DNA of 44,508 nucleotides from positions 1-44,508 of the forward strand of contig JAITVP010000120.1 of the NCBI GenBank assembly GCA_031285725.1, in the 5' to 3' direction. A model generated the notes under the pieces. That model ran no database searches. It had not been told where the DNA came from and saw only the letters and a list, made by a program, of their open reading frames with translations. Both the position numbers and the translations under genes were made by a program. Below, one piece after another: positions 1 through 9,533 of this stretch (within the stretch, counting starts at the first letter, position 1; each line of letters opens with the position of its first letter). Source of the DNA: Bacteroidales bacterium (lineage in GTDB: Bacteria; Bacteroidota; Bacteroidia; Bacteroidales; WCHB1-69).

Positions 1-904
1 CGTTAATTACGGCATAATCGCCGGCGCTTCCGAAAATGTGAAACTGTTGATTGTGGCAAAAGAAGACGGGTTCTCCCCATCCGTATCCGGAAAGGTTGAC
101 AGGGACGCTTTGCAGCAGGTTGCCCGCCAAGTCATACTTTACGATGTAGGAATCTATGCTATCAACGAGCGGGAAGGGGGTGCTCACCCCGTCCGACTCG
201 GTGAAGTTGGAGTAATTCCATATCAAGCGGCAGATGTTGTCATCCGCATCCAGTGTCATGGCGTTCTGCATGGGCCGGTAAGATTTGTTTTGGATCCCGG
301 TGGGGAAGAGCACTTCCGGCATCTTCACCCACTGCACCTCGCCCGAAAAATTGAACAGGACGACGGGGTCAAGATTCACGCCGTTGGTTCCCCTCAGGTT
401 GCGGTCGAAAATGGTATCGTTCCCGTCCTGGTCGCGGATGCGGAGCTGGTGGGCGTTTCCCAGCGCATTCAACGCCACCACGATCTTGTCGCCCGCCCGA
501 GCCATGGATGCCGTATGGTGAATTTCCACCGCGTACACGTACTCCGTTCCCATGATCGAGTCCACGCGGACCGGGCGTAGGGTGCGGTACCACCGCAACT
601 CCCCGTTGCAGTCGAAACTGAAAAGCCCGAGGAACGGATTGGAGTAGTTGATGTTCAAGTCCCGGCTGACGGTGACGCCGTTGAACCGGACGTTGTTGAC
701 GCTGCTGAAATAGACCAGAAAATAGCTGTTGTCCTCCCCGTCCACAAAGGCGTCAAGGATCTGGTCGTGCCTTTTATAGGTGTCGTCCGTGCTTCCGATA
801 TGATTGCTCCACTGGAAAGACTGGGCGGAAAGGGGGAAAAAGAGAGAGACAAGGAGAAAGGAGAAGGGAACAAGGATCAAAGAGAAAGGATTGATTTTTT
901 TCAT
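1..904 (-). CDS. Secreted hypothetical protein, N-terminal ~301 codons (3' end runs off the window)
   Basis: The reverse frame is open from position 1 up to the ATG at 904-902. It is absent from the ORF track because it has no stop in the window. Hand translation starts MKKINPFSLILVPFSFLLVSLFFPLSAQS (Sec signal peptide) and I checked it stop-free at several points (e.g. ...LRWYRTLRPVRVDSIMGTE..., ...CHNQQFHIFGSAGDYAVIN). It shares strand and GC-rich composition with the adjacent adhesin gene. Confidence 0.7.
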   Translation of the reverse strand, partial: MKKINPFSLILVPFSFLLVSLFFPLSAQSFQWSNHIGSTDDTYKRHDQILDAFVDGEDNSYFLVYFSSVNNVRFNGVTVSRDLNINYSNPFLGLFSFDCNGELRWYRTLRPVRVDSIMGTEYVYAVEIHHTASMARAGDKIVVALNALGNAHQLRIRDQDGNDTIFDRNLRGTNGVNLDPVVLFNFSGEVQWVKMPEVLFPTGIQNKSYRPMQNAMTLDADDNICRLIWNYSNFTESDGVSTPFPLVDSIDSYIVKYDLAGNLLQSVPVNLSGYGWGEPVFFCHNQQFHIFGSAGDYAVIN

Positions 905-928
905 GATGATACGGTTTTTTGTTTATTT

Positions 929-3457
929 TTAATTCTTAACTACTTTCATCACCTTTTTCACTCCTTCCGCTTCCCTGCATTCGATGAAGTAGAGACCATT
1001 GGCGTGGGGAGAGAGGTCAAAGGAGACGGTGCCGGAGGCGGTGGGCAACGGTTGGCGGGCGAGTTGGCGGCCCAGGATATCGCAGAGCACCAAGGTGCGG
1101 TCGCCCTCCTCGTTGAAATGGAAGGAGACCGTGCACGAACGCTGCGCCGGATTGGGGTAGAGTTTGACATACTCATCGGATAATGCGGTGGGAGACTCTT
1201 CGTCTGCATCCTCCTGCGTGCCAGCCGCTATGGATCTTTGTGCGGAAAATTTGAACATGTAATAGCAGCGTTTCGTCTCATCGTACGGATCCCACAACAT
1301 GATCCCCATCGTTTCCCCAAAATCGCCCGACAGGCTGCCCGGCCACAATTCGACATCGAGGACATTGTGTCCGGGGTAGATGGTTCCCGAAGCGGGCGTG
1401 AGCGGCACGCCGGTCTGAAGGCTGTAAAACGTGTAGCTCCATTCATTCCCGTGGGAATTCATAATCTCAATATGCACGTAAACCGTCCCCGTGTTGGGGT
1501 CGTAGTGGTATTCCCCCTCGTGGAAGATATTCATGCCGCAAGATTCGCATTCCGCCATGGCAACCTCCGCATGATCGTTAGGATCCGCAAAATCATTCTT
1601 GTCGCAAAGTTCGCATTCCGCCATGGTAACCCGCATCTCGTTGGTGGTGCCGAAGCAGAATTCATTTTTCAAGAACATTTGGTAGACGCCCTCGTCCCAA
1701 ATTTCCAGCGGGGGATCCAATCCCAGCCGGCTGTACCGGGGGCTGTTTCCGTGGTACAGGCCTTGTCCGTTCCTAAACCATTCCCAGTACCAGTTTTCCC
1801 CGTCGGGGAAATAGGCGGGACCGTGCACATACACCGGAAGTTGCTCCTTGCAGAAATAGTAGCAGCCGGTGGGGAAGGTCCAGAAGTAGTGGTCAAGGGA
1901 GTGGGGAACGGACAAGCTTCTGGATTGCGAGGTGCATCCGTTCTGATCCGTGTAGCGCACGGCGTAGGCTCCCCCGCGGTTGACTTGAACATGGGCGCCA
2001 TTCCCCCCGTTGTTCCAATGGTAGGTGCCATTTGGGTCAATGGGGGAGGCTTCGAGCTTGACTTCGTAAGGAGTACAAGAAGACGGGTAAGCGCGTACGG
2101 CGGGTATGGCGGGCAGTGGATTCACAGTGACGGTTGCCGTGGCGTAGCCGTGGCAGTAGGGATGCGCCGTGGGAGTCACCCGCAGGCGGTACTGGTAAGT
2201 GCCCGCTTGTGTGGGAGTCACCCGCAGGCGGGAAGTGTTGCCGATATTCGCAGCGGCGGTCGGGGCGGTTTGACTCCAGGCGTAGGTATAGTCTGCCCCG
2301 CTATAGCCGGAGAGGCTGACCTCCTGCCCGAGGCAAATCTCCAAGGTACCCGTGATCAGCGGCGAGGGTGTGGGGATGAAGGTGATGTCGGGCGTTATCC
2401 GCACCGCTTGGCAGCCGATGATACTCGTGGCGACAACCCGGTAGGCTCCACTTTGGGAAGGCACCACCACACCGCCGCAGCCGTTGATCCAATGGTCGTG
2501 GTTAGTATAGTTACTCAATACCTCCCACCGGATGCCACAATTGGGATAAAGTTCGCCGGTGTAGGTGCACTCGAAAGTGATTTGGTCTCCTTGGCAGGTC
2601 GTGACCGGAGCTGTCGGATTTATCTCTACGCTTGCGGAAAACTCATCTCTTTTTACCAATACCGTCCGGGTATTGGTAGCCACACAGCCCCACTTGTCGC
2701 TGATCGTCAGGGTGATGTCACGATTGTCAAGCTCGTCAAATTGATACATTGCAAAGCAAGTTTTGAAGATGGTATTGTTGCCGAAGTCCCAGGTGAAATA
2801 GTAGACGGGCCGGTCGCTGAGGATTAGTTCGTGACAGTCGTATTGAGAAAAGATCTCACGGGTGCTGTTGATACAGGTGGCGGCGGGAACGTCAAACTCG
2901 GCGTTGATGGGCGTGGGCACGGTGAACTCCACCACCTCCGACAGGCAGGTGTCTCCCTCGTAGATGTTGGCCACTTGGAGGGTGTGGCGGCTGCCGGACG
3001 GGAGCAAGGTGTCGAGCATGGTCGTGGGCACACCGTCAAGATAGAGTATGTGTTCCACGTCGATCCAGTAGAGCTGGGAGCTGGTGTTCTTGAGATGGGT
3101 GATGTAGAGAGAGTCCTGGTAGCAGGAGAAGGTGGCTTTGCAGGAGGGAAACGAGGGGATGGTTGTCACCCCGCCCCTTGATCCGGTGCACGAGTCGCCC
3201 CCGTCGAATTTGACGGAGAAGTAGTATATGCCGGCTCTCTTGGCCCTGAACCGGGCGGTGTCACCCGTCAAGTCGCCGATCACCTCCAACTCCTCCTCGT
3301 AGCGCCAGCTTTCTATCTCGCGCCCTGGCGGGGACAAGATGGCAGTGATCAGCCCGTTGCAATCCTTAAACACCTCGAATCCCGTTTGGCACAAAGGCGG
3401 TACGGAAGTGTGCGAGTTTCCTCCGCTGGTGCAACTTTGATAAGAGGCTGTGATCAT
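929..3457 (-). CDS. C-terminal part of a giant PKD/Ig-like-repeat surface protein with a T9SS C-terminal sorting domain (frame is open up to 3598; see findings)
   Basis: 842-aa ORF. The last ~80 aa (VKLYPNPAQRSCTVSF...GLYFIECREAEGVKKVMKVVKN) match the Por_Secre_tail pattern. It has a PKD-like WDFGNN module and repeated Cys-framed Ig-like modules. There is no signal peptide at the M at 3457. Confidence 0.8.
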   Translation of the reverse strand: MITASYQSCTSGGNSHTSVPPLCQTGFEVFKDCNGLITAILSPPGREIESWRYEEELEVIGDLTGDTARFRAKRAGIYYFSVKFDGGDSCTGSRGGVTTIPSFPSCKATFSCYQDSLYITHLKNTSSQLYWIDVEHILYLDGVPTTMLDTLLPSGSRHTLQVANIYEGDTCLSEVVEFTVPTPINAEFDVPAATCINSTREIFSQYDCHELILSDRPVYYFTWDFGNNTIFKTCFAMYQFDELDNRDITLTISDKWGCVATNTRTVLVKRDEFSASVEINPTAPVTTCQGDQITFECTYTGELYPNCGIRWEVLSNYTNHDHWINGCGGVVVPSQSGAYRVVATSIIGCQAVRITPDITFIPTPSPLITGTLEICLGQEVSLSGYSGADYTYAWSQTAPTAAANIGNTSRLRVTPTQAGTYQYRLRVTPTAHPYCHGYATATVTVNPLPAIPAVRAYPSSCTPYEVKLEASPIDPNGTYHWNNGGNGAHVQVNRGGAYAVRYTDQNGCTSQSRSLSVPHSLDHYFWTFPTGCYYFCKEQLPVYVHGPAYFPDGENWYWEWFRNGQGLYHGNSPRYSRLGLDPPLEIWDEGVYQMFLKNEFCFGTTNEMRVTMAECELCDKNDFADPNDHAEVAMAECESCGMNIFHEGEYHYDPNTGTVYVHIEIMNSHGNEWSYTFYSLQTGVPLTPASGTIYPGHNVLDVELWPGSLSGDFGETMGIMLWDPYDETKRCYYMFKFSAQRSIAAGTQEDADEESPTALSDEYVKLYPNPAQRSCTVSFHFNEEGDRTLVLCDILGRQLARQPLPTASGTVSFDLSPHANGLYFIECREAEGVKKVMKVVKN

Positions 3458-3551
3458 ACCGCTGGTGGATGCGCAACCCGCCCCGCCATCGGCAACAACA
3501 TGATAATGGCCGGAATAATGGATCCGGAAAGAATTTCCCGTGCCGCAAGGC

Positions 3552-5885
3552 TCATTGTCCCGATACCATTGGTAAGTGGTGTTTTCCCCCCGGAAACATT
3601 ACATTCACCAAAACACCTTCGATGGAATCGCAAATGGGAATGTTACCCATCCTCGACAACTCAAGCCCCTTGGCGTAGACCGTGATGGGGATGTGGATGT
3701 CGTAAGGGGTGCCGCAATGGGCATAGACCGTCAAGACCACGTCGTATACCTTGTCGTCGCCGGTGGCGTTCAAGAACGTGTGCGTGTAGCTGTTTCCCGT
3801 AAAACTGTACTCTATGCCGTCGATGGTGATATTCCTTGTCCTATAGTAAGCGATATGCTCGTTAAACGAGAAAGTAACCGTCCCTTCGAAACAGATGGAG
3901 TCGCTTGAAACGGTGACTGTGGGCACGGGAAAAGGCGGGATATCAAACGTGGTGATGAGGGTGTGGGACACCCCGCATTTCATCGCCTCCAATTGCAAAT
4001 GGTTGTTGTTCACGGCGTCTTCCGTGTAGGGATAATAAACAAATACATGACCAGCATTCCCGATCGGAGTTCCCACCCCGGTGGGTTCCACCTTCCATTG
4101 CCAATTGTCGAATTCTGCATAAATGTCATTATCATAGTGCACTTCAAAACGCCCCACACAACCGGCATATGCGTAATAGTCATAGAATATGTCTTGAACG
4201 ATTTCCAGGTTGTCGAAATCGAACTTTCTCACCTCGAAGGTTTGCAGGAAAGTCTCGCAGAAGGGATGCTCCGTGGAGACCCGGTAGACGGAAAGCCTTC
4301 CGGTGTTGGCGGTCCAGACGGCACTCACCTCCTCGCCGGATTGGTTGTTCAGGGTACCGCCCTGGATTTCCCATCGCAGAATGGTGTTGGGAGTAGTGTT
4401 GACGGCTCGGTAGGTTTCCACCCGGTCGAGACAAACCACGCTCCGTCCTACGATCTCCACCCTGTTGGAGGAAGGAAAGGGGTTGACTTGGATGGAAATC
4501 GGCTCCGGGTCGCAATGGCCGCTGGCGGAAACGGAAAGCTGGTAGATGCCGGGGATGGCGAAGTCGTCGGTAAAGGTGGCGCCATACCTCGTCATCCTGC
4601 TCCCATCGGGTCTTTTCAGCACCCAGTTGCCAGGAATGGCGCCGGAGCGGCCGCGCCACTGGAAAGTTTCCCCTGTTCCGGCGCAAATAGGTTCCTCGTT
4701 CCACACAATACTGGTCGTGCTTTTCACGGTGATGGCAAGCGGCTCCGTCTTTCCCGAGCAACCGACCACCGTGTTGGTATAGCGGGCGGAGAGCAGGATG
4801 GTGCCTTCGCCGGAAAAGTCTAAAACGAACGTGTTTCCTGCAGGAACGGTTCCGGCTCTTGCACGGGCGTCGCCGCTAATGGTTGTGAATTCCCACTCAA
4901 AAACCGTGGCTGGCCATTCGGGCAGTGTGTAAATATATTGGTTGCCTTCACACACGAAGGTCTTCCCTTTGATCAGTGCCCGGTCGTGAACAACGGGAAT
5001 TTTAGCTGTAGAAAACTCCCCGCACCGATACTCGCACGGATCGTTCTTCAATAAAATGTAGCCGTACCCGTCTATCAATTGATCCGGCCTGTTCCATATT
5101 ACTTCTATTTGATGGGGATTGCGCCCCGGAGTAAACTCTCCTCCAGCAACCTCCCAGTAGTATTCCTGGCACAATCCCTCTTGAGCACTGTAGACCGCTT
5201 TGGTGTTTTCGCACACAACGGACGGACATTCCAACTGCAAGGCATCTCCCGGTCTGACATGGACTTCGATGCTTATTTTATCACTACAATGGCATTCGTT
5301 GGTCACCGTCAAGGTGACAGTGTAATCCCCCTCGTTAATCCAGGCGTGGGTGGGATTACGTTCGGAAGAGGTGGTTCCGTCTCCGAAATCCCAATGCCAG
5401 AAAAGAATCTCGTGTTCGGAATATTCCGATAAGTCGGTGAATATGACCTCCTCTTCCCTGCAAACCTCCAAGAATTCTGGCATCTCAATGGGCCAGACGG
5501 CAAAACGGGCTTTGGGTCGTTCCACAATTTCAATGCAGACCGTGTGGGTTAGTGTGATGTTGGACACTGAAGTGGCGGTCACGGATAATTGCCCCGAGCC
5601 GGCACCACCCCAAGTCACCGAGAAGGTGTTGGCAGAAAGGTTCTGCACGATGCCGCCCTGCACACTCCAGCTGTGCATGGTTCCCGCCACATCTTCTATC
5701 CGGTAAAAAACAGTGCTGCCTTCGCAGAACTTGTAACACTTGCCTTGTTGCTCTGTCACACTCATGGCATAAAATTCAATGTAATATTCCTGGCACCACA
5801 CTTCGCTGTCAAAGTACAGAAAAGGAAAGGGATGGGATGGGGCACCCTGCGCAGCTATCCGTAGGGAGGATAAACAAACAAACAA
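3552..5885 (-). CDS. N-terminal part of the same PKD/Ig-like-repeat surface protein (track start is a TTG; no signal peptide in this frame)
   Basis: 777-aa ORF with a PKD signature (FWHWDFGDGTTSSERNPTHAWINEGDYTVTLTV) and repeated Cys-framed beta modules. It ends at a TGA 40 nt after the G6 tract. Confidence 0.75.
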   Translation of the reverse strand: MFVCLSSLRIAAQGAPSHPFPFLYFDSEVWCQEYYIEFYAMSVTEQQGKCYKFCEGSTVFYRIEDVAGTMHSWSVQGGIVQNLSANTFSVTWGGAGSGQLSVTATSVSNITLTHTVCIEIVERPKARFAVWPIEMPEFLEVCREEEVIFTDLSEYSEHEILFWHWDFGDGTTSSERNPTHAWINEGDYTVTLTVTNECHCSDKISIEVHVRPGDALQLECPSVVCENTKAVYSAQEGLCQEYYWEVAGGEFTPGRNPHQIEVIWNRPDQLIDGYGYILLKNDPCEYRCGEFSTAKIPVVHDRALIKGKTFVCEGNQYIYTLPEWPATVFEWEFTTISGDARARAGTVPAGNTFVLDFSGEGTILLSARYTNTVVGCSGKTEPLAITVKSTTSIVWNEEPICAGTGETFQWRGRSGAIPGNWVLKRPDGSRMTRYGATFTDDFAIPGIYQLSVSASGHCDPEPISIQVNPFPSSNRVEIVGRSVVCLDRVETYRAVNTTPNTILRWEIQGGTLNNQSGEEVSAVWTANTGRLSVYRVSTEHPFCETFLQTFEVRKFDFDNLEIVQDIFYDYYAYAGCVGRFEVHYDNDIYAEFDNWQWKVEPTGVGTPIGNAGHVFVYYPYTEDAVNNNHLQLEAMKCGVSHTLITTFDIPPFPVPTVTVSSDSICFEGTVTFSFNEHIAYYRTRNITIDGIEYSFTGNSYTHTFLNATGDDKVYDVVLTVYAHCGTPYDIHIPITVYAKGLELSRMGNIPICDSIEGVLVNVMFPGGKHHLPMVSGQ
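3586..3591. repeat. C6 (G6 on the coding strand) homopolymer at the junction of the two adhesin reading frames
   Basis: The + strand reads gttttCCCCCCgg. The tract lies inside the 47-nt stretch (3552-3598) where both reverse frames are open. Confidence 0.9.
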
Positions 5886-5887
5886 AC
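5872..5887. repeat. (AAAC)4 tetranucleotide repeat ((GTTT)4 on the coding strand) at the 5' end of the adhesin gene
   Basis: The + strand reads tAAACAAACAAACAAACat. It lies between the ATGs at 5943/5889 and the body frame. Confidence 0.9.
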
Positions 5888-6020
5888 ATTGTTAATGCTA
5901 TTTGTTTCAGGTTCTTTTTTACAAATATTGTTTCCATAATCATTTTTTGCTAAGACGTGGTTTATTCAAATTTGTTCCCTAAAAACAGAAAAAAATGTAA
6001 TACGAACCGTAAGAATATCT

Positions 6021-6028
6021 TACCTTTG
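6021..6028 (+). promoter_or_regulatory. Bacteroidota -7 box TAnnTTTG (TACCTTTG) upstream of nfo
   Basis: Exact match to TAnnTTTG, 5 nt before the ATG at 6034. Confidence 0.4.
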
Positions 6029-6033
6029 CCGCT

Positions 6034-6888
6034 ATGAAAAAGAAATACATCGGAGCACATGTTAGCGCAGCGGGCGGTGTGGAAAACGCACCCATTAATG
6101 CGGCGGAAATCGGGGCAAATACCTTTGCCCTGTTTACTAAAAATCAACGACAATGGAAAGCACCAAAATTGACGGCGAAGAACATTGCAGCGTTCAAAGA
6201 AAATTGTGATAAATTCGGTTTCAATGCCGCCCACATCCTCCCTCACGACAGCTATCTAATCAATCTGGGACATCCCTCACAAGACGGACTCGAGAAATCG
6301 AGAGAAGCCTTTCTGGACGAAATGCAACGTTGTGAAGCACTGGGCTTGCAGTTGCTTAATTTCCATCCGGGCAGTCATCTTAACCAAATCTCGCTGGAAG
6401 ATTGCCTGGATCGTATTGCGGAATCTATCAATATTTCGCTGGATAAAACCAAAGGTGTGATCGCCGTGATCGAGAATACCGCCGGACAAGGCAGCAATGT
6501 CGGGTTTATGTTCGAACATCTGGCACACATTATCGACAAAGTGGAAGATAAAAGCCGCGTGGGCGTCTGTTTGGACACGTGCCATACCTATTCCGGCGGC
6601 TACGATATTAAAACCGAAAAAGGATACCTCGCCACGTTCGCCCATTTCGATAAGGTAATTGGTAAAAACTACCTGAAAGGCATCCACTTGAACGACACGA
6701 AAAAACCCCATGCCAGCAGAGTCGATCGCCACGACAATATCGGAAAAGGACTTTTTGGCCTGGATTTTTTCAAACGCTTCATGCAAGACGGCCGTTTCGA
6801 CAATATGCCCATTATCCTCGAAACACCAGACGAAACACTGTGGAAAGAAGAGATTGAGTTGCTGCTATCCTTGGCTAAGGGTGAATGA
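6034..6888 (+). CDS. nfo: Endonuclease IV (deoxyribonuclease IV)
   Basis: 284 aa. [10 protein letters not shown]...[11 protein letters not shown]...HDSYLINL...LNFHPGSH...ENTAGQG...CLDTCH...HLND are the characteristic Nfo/AP endonuclease 2 motifs. Confidence 0.92.
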   Translation: MKKKYIGAHVSAAGGVENAPINAAEIGANTFALFTKNQRQWKAPKLTAKNIAAFKENCDKFGFNAAHILPHDSYLINLGHPSQDGLEKSREAFLDEMQRCEALGLQLLNFHPGSHLNQISLEDCLDRIAESINISLDKTKGVIAVIENTAGQGSNVGFMFEHLAHIIDKVEDKSRVGVCLDTCHTYSGGYDIKTEKGYLATFAHFDKVIGKNYLKGIHLNDTKKPHASRVDRHDNIGKGLFGLDFFKRFMQDGRFDNMPIILETPDETLWKEEIELLLSLAKGE

Positions 6889-6899
6889 AAAAGAAAAAC

Positions 6900-8060
6900 C
6901 TACCCTAACTTTCCTCTGTAATCCTCATAACTTCCCGGCTCCGCAAATAGGATAAATTCCCCCTTTCTGGTGACCATGCCGATGGCGGGATGTTTGACCC
7001 CGTTGAAGAAGGTGGTTTTGACCATGGTATAGTGAATCATGTCATCAAAGATGATTTTGTCGCCGATTTCGAGCGGTTCGGGAAAGGCGAAGTCGCCCAT
7101 CCCGATAAAGTCACCGGCCAAACAAGAGGAACCACCCAAGCGGTACACGAACTCGCTCTCCTCCGTAGGTTCCATCGCTCCCAATATCATGGGTTTGTAG
7201 GGCATCTCTAAACAGTCAGGCAGATGACAAGCAAAAGAGATATTCAGCATGGCAATCTTAATTCCTTTGTTTTCAATAATATCCTCCACGGTGGAGGTCA
7301 GTACGCCGGTTTGCCAGCCTACCGCCTCGCCAGGCTCCAAAATCACCTCTTCCACATTGGGGTAGCGCATTTTAAAATCTTGCAGTAAATTAATAAGATG
7401 TGGTACATTATAACCCTCTTTGGTAATATGATGTCCTCCGCCCATGTTGATCCATTTGCACTGTTTGATCAGCGGAGCAAATCGTTCCTCGAAGTGTTGC
7501 AGGGCGTGTTCAAGCGCATAGCTGTCGTTCTCGCAAAGCACGTGAAAGTGCAGCCCCTCAATGCCTTCAGGGAGATTTTCCGGCATCTCGGCCGACAAGA
7601 TCCCCAAGCGGGAACCAGGCCGAGCCGGATTGTACAGATCAACTTCCACTTCGGAATATTCGGGGTTCACCCGTAATCCCACACTCACTAACTTGGGGAA
7701 TTTTTCAATCTGTTCCTTATATTTCTGCCACTGACTCAGCGAGTTGAATGTAATGTGACTGCTATATAACAAAATGTCATTGATCTCATCTTCAAAATAG
7801 ACCGGTGCATACGTGTGCGCCTCTTTTCCCATCTCTTCGGAAATCAACCGGGCTTCGTTCAATGAACTTGCGGTTGCACCTTTCAAATAGTGTCCCACCA
7901 ACGTGAAAGTACGCCAAAACGCAAATCCTTTCAGTGCGCAAATGATGGAAACACCCGCACTTTCCTGCACTAAGTTCAACAACTGCAAATTTGCTTCCAA
8001 CGCCTCCTCAAACATAATGTAACATGGCGAAGGATATTGATCGTATTTTGCGATATTCAT
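6900..8060 (-). CDS. nspC: Carboxynorspermidine/carboxyspermidine decarboxylase
   Basis: 386 aa. PSPCYIM...ALKGFAFW...GATASSLNEARL...HTYAPVY...ITFNSLSQ...VNPEYSEVEVDLYNPARPGSRLG match remembered NspC sequences throughout. Confidence 0.85.
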   Translation of the reverse strand: MNIAKYDQYPSPCYIMFEEALEANLQLLNLVQESAGVSIICALKGFAFWRTFTLVGHYLKGATASSLNEARLISEEMGKEAHTYAPVYFEDEINDILLYSSHITFNSLSQWQKYKEQIEKFPKLVSVGLRVNPEYSEVEVDLYNPARPGSRLGILSAEMPENLPEGIEGLHFHVLCENDSYALEHALQHFEERFAPLIKQCKWINMGGGHHITKEGYNVPHLINLLQDFKMRYPNVEEVILEPGEAVGWQTGVLTSTVEDIIENKGIKIAMLNISFACHLPDCLEMPYKPMILGAMEPTEESEFVYRLGGSSCLAGDFIGMGDFAFPEPLEIGDKIIFDDMIHYTMVKTTFFNGVKHPAIGMVTRKGEFILFAEPGSYEDYRGKLG

Positions 8061-8163
8061 AATGATGATTTAATTATCTCTATAATTCTAATTTGAAAAG
8101 CATCAAGGGCTACACGACCTGTGTTGCCATCGTAATTCTCCATAACCCTTTCATTATTAACTA

Positions 8164-9459
8164 TTAATTTATCACTATGGCATCTGCCACCACTTCCGCT
8201 ACCGATTTCACCTCGATGCCCAGTTGATACGTATGGTTGATTTGCGACAATTGGTCTACGCAGTTGTGGCAGGGGGTGATCACGACTTGCGCTCCGGTGG
8301 CTTTGATCTGATCGGCTTTAATTTTGCCGGCCGCAATGCGCCGTTCGTTGTATTCGCTCATCGCCAACATGCCGCCGCCGCCGCCGCAACAAAAATTGTC
8401 GTTTCCGCCGGGAGTCATCTCGATCAATTCGGGCACGACGCTCTTCACTACAAATCGCAAACTGTTGTACAAACCACCGTTACGAGTTAAGTTGCATGGA
8501 TCATGAATCGTATATTTTTGGGCATTCAGGCTCTTGTCCAACTTGATCTTTCCCGTTTTGATATACTCTTCGATCAGCTCTACCAGTGTGTACATCTCAA
8601 AATCGGGATGTTGTTGCATGTAGTTGGGCGACTCCCAGCGCAACGCCCGGGAACCGTGACCACACTCGCCCAATACCAACATTTTGGCCTTTAGATTCTT
8701 AACTTCTTCAAACATGTTTTGGGCGATCTGTTTTGCCTCTTTATCGTTCCCCGAAAAATAGCCGTAGTTAGTCACGTCATACATTTTGCTGGAGAGTGTC
8801 CAGTCGGCTTTCGCAGTATAGAAGATTTTGGCCGCCGCCGTGATGGAGAGCGGGAAAAACTTCGGTTCGCGGGGATTGAGCGTGTAAAGGATCTCTTTGT
8901 TAGGCTCATTTAGTGGAATCCGTGCATTTTCATCACCCATCTCATCTTGAAATTCCTCCTCCATCCATTGGATCGTGTCTACAAACTCTTCCTCTTCAAT
9001 ACCCATATTGTTCCCGGTGTTGATGGCAGCATCCACGGTGGCTTGCAGCGTGGCCGGCACATAACCCATCGCCGCCAACATCCGCCGGCCGGTCTTCACC
9101 ACAAATGGAATATCCACCCCGATTGAGCAGTGTTTCACACATCGTCCGCACATCGTGCAAGCACCATACAGCAAATCCACCATCTCGGCGATCATCTTAT
9201 CATCCAACTCCTTCGCATTTACCAACTTCGGAGCTATTTTCCCAATCATCGTGCAATATTTCCGATAAATTGATGCTACCAGATCCACCTTCCGACCGGG
9301 CATGAACGCCGGTTTGTCGTCTGCCAGCCAAAACAGGCAACTCGTTTGGCACAACCCACAATGCACGCAAGCGTTGAGGTGCGTGATCAACTTGCTGTCC
9401 GTATGCTTGGTCAAAATATCAATGGCCGGTTTGATTTTGTCCGGTATATTATTACTCAT
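8164..9459 (-). CDS. (Fe-S)-binding oxidoreductase subunit, GlpC/HdrD-like (two 4Fe-4S motifs plus CCG domains)
   Basis: 431 aa with CVHCGLCQTSC and CTMCGRCVKHC ferredoxin-type clusters. The C-terminal part has FCCGGGGG and PCHNC, typical of cysteine-rich CCG domains. Confidence 0.75.
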   Translation of the reverse strand: MSNNIPDKIKPAIDILTKHTDSKLITHLNACVHCGLCQTSCLFWLADDKPAFMPGRKVDLVASIYRKYCTMIGKIAPKLVNAKELDDKMIAEMVDLLYGACTMCGRCVKHCSIGVDIPFVVKTGRRMLAAMGYVPATLQATVDAAINTGNNMGIEEEEFVDTIQWMEEEFQDEMGDENARIPLNEPNKEILYTLNPREPKFFPLSITAAAKIFYTAKADWTLSSKMYDVTNYGYFSGNDKEAKQIAQNMFEEVKNLKAKMLVLGECGHGSRALRWESPNYMQQHPDFEMYTLVELIEEYIKTGKIKLDKSLNAQKYTIHDPCNLTRNGGLYNSLRFVVKSVVPELIEMTPGGNDNFCCGGGGGMLAMSEYNERRIAAGKIKADQIKATGAQVVITPCHNCVDQLSQINHTYQLGIEVKSVAEVVADAIVIN

Positions 9460-9533
9460 AATCTTTAGTTTTTAAAAAAGCAGGCAAAGATAACACACTT
9501 TTGGGACGTGGATTTTATGTGTTGAATTGACCC

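Noticed and set aside
1238-2827. 529-aa plus-strand ORF, with other long plus-strand ORFs at 38..580, 767..1183, 2831..3181, 3963..4823 and 5350..5706
   Set aside because: These are antisense to the GC-rich adhesin genes. Their translations are Gly/Arg/Val/Ala/Pro-rich low-information sequence with no motifs, whereas the minus-strand frames carry a signal peptide, PKD modules and a T9SS tail. Long antisense ORFs are expected in ~60-70% GC coding DNA.
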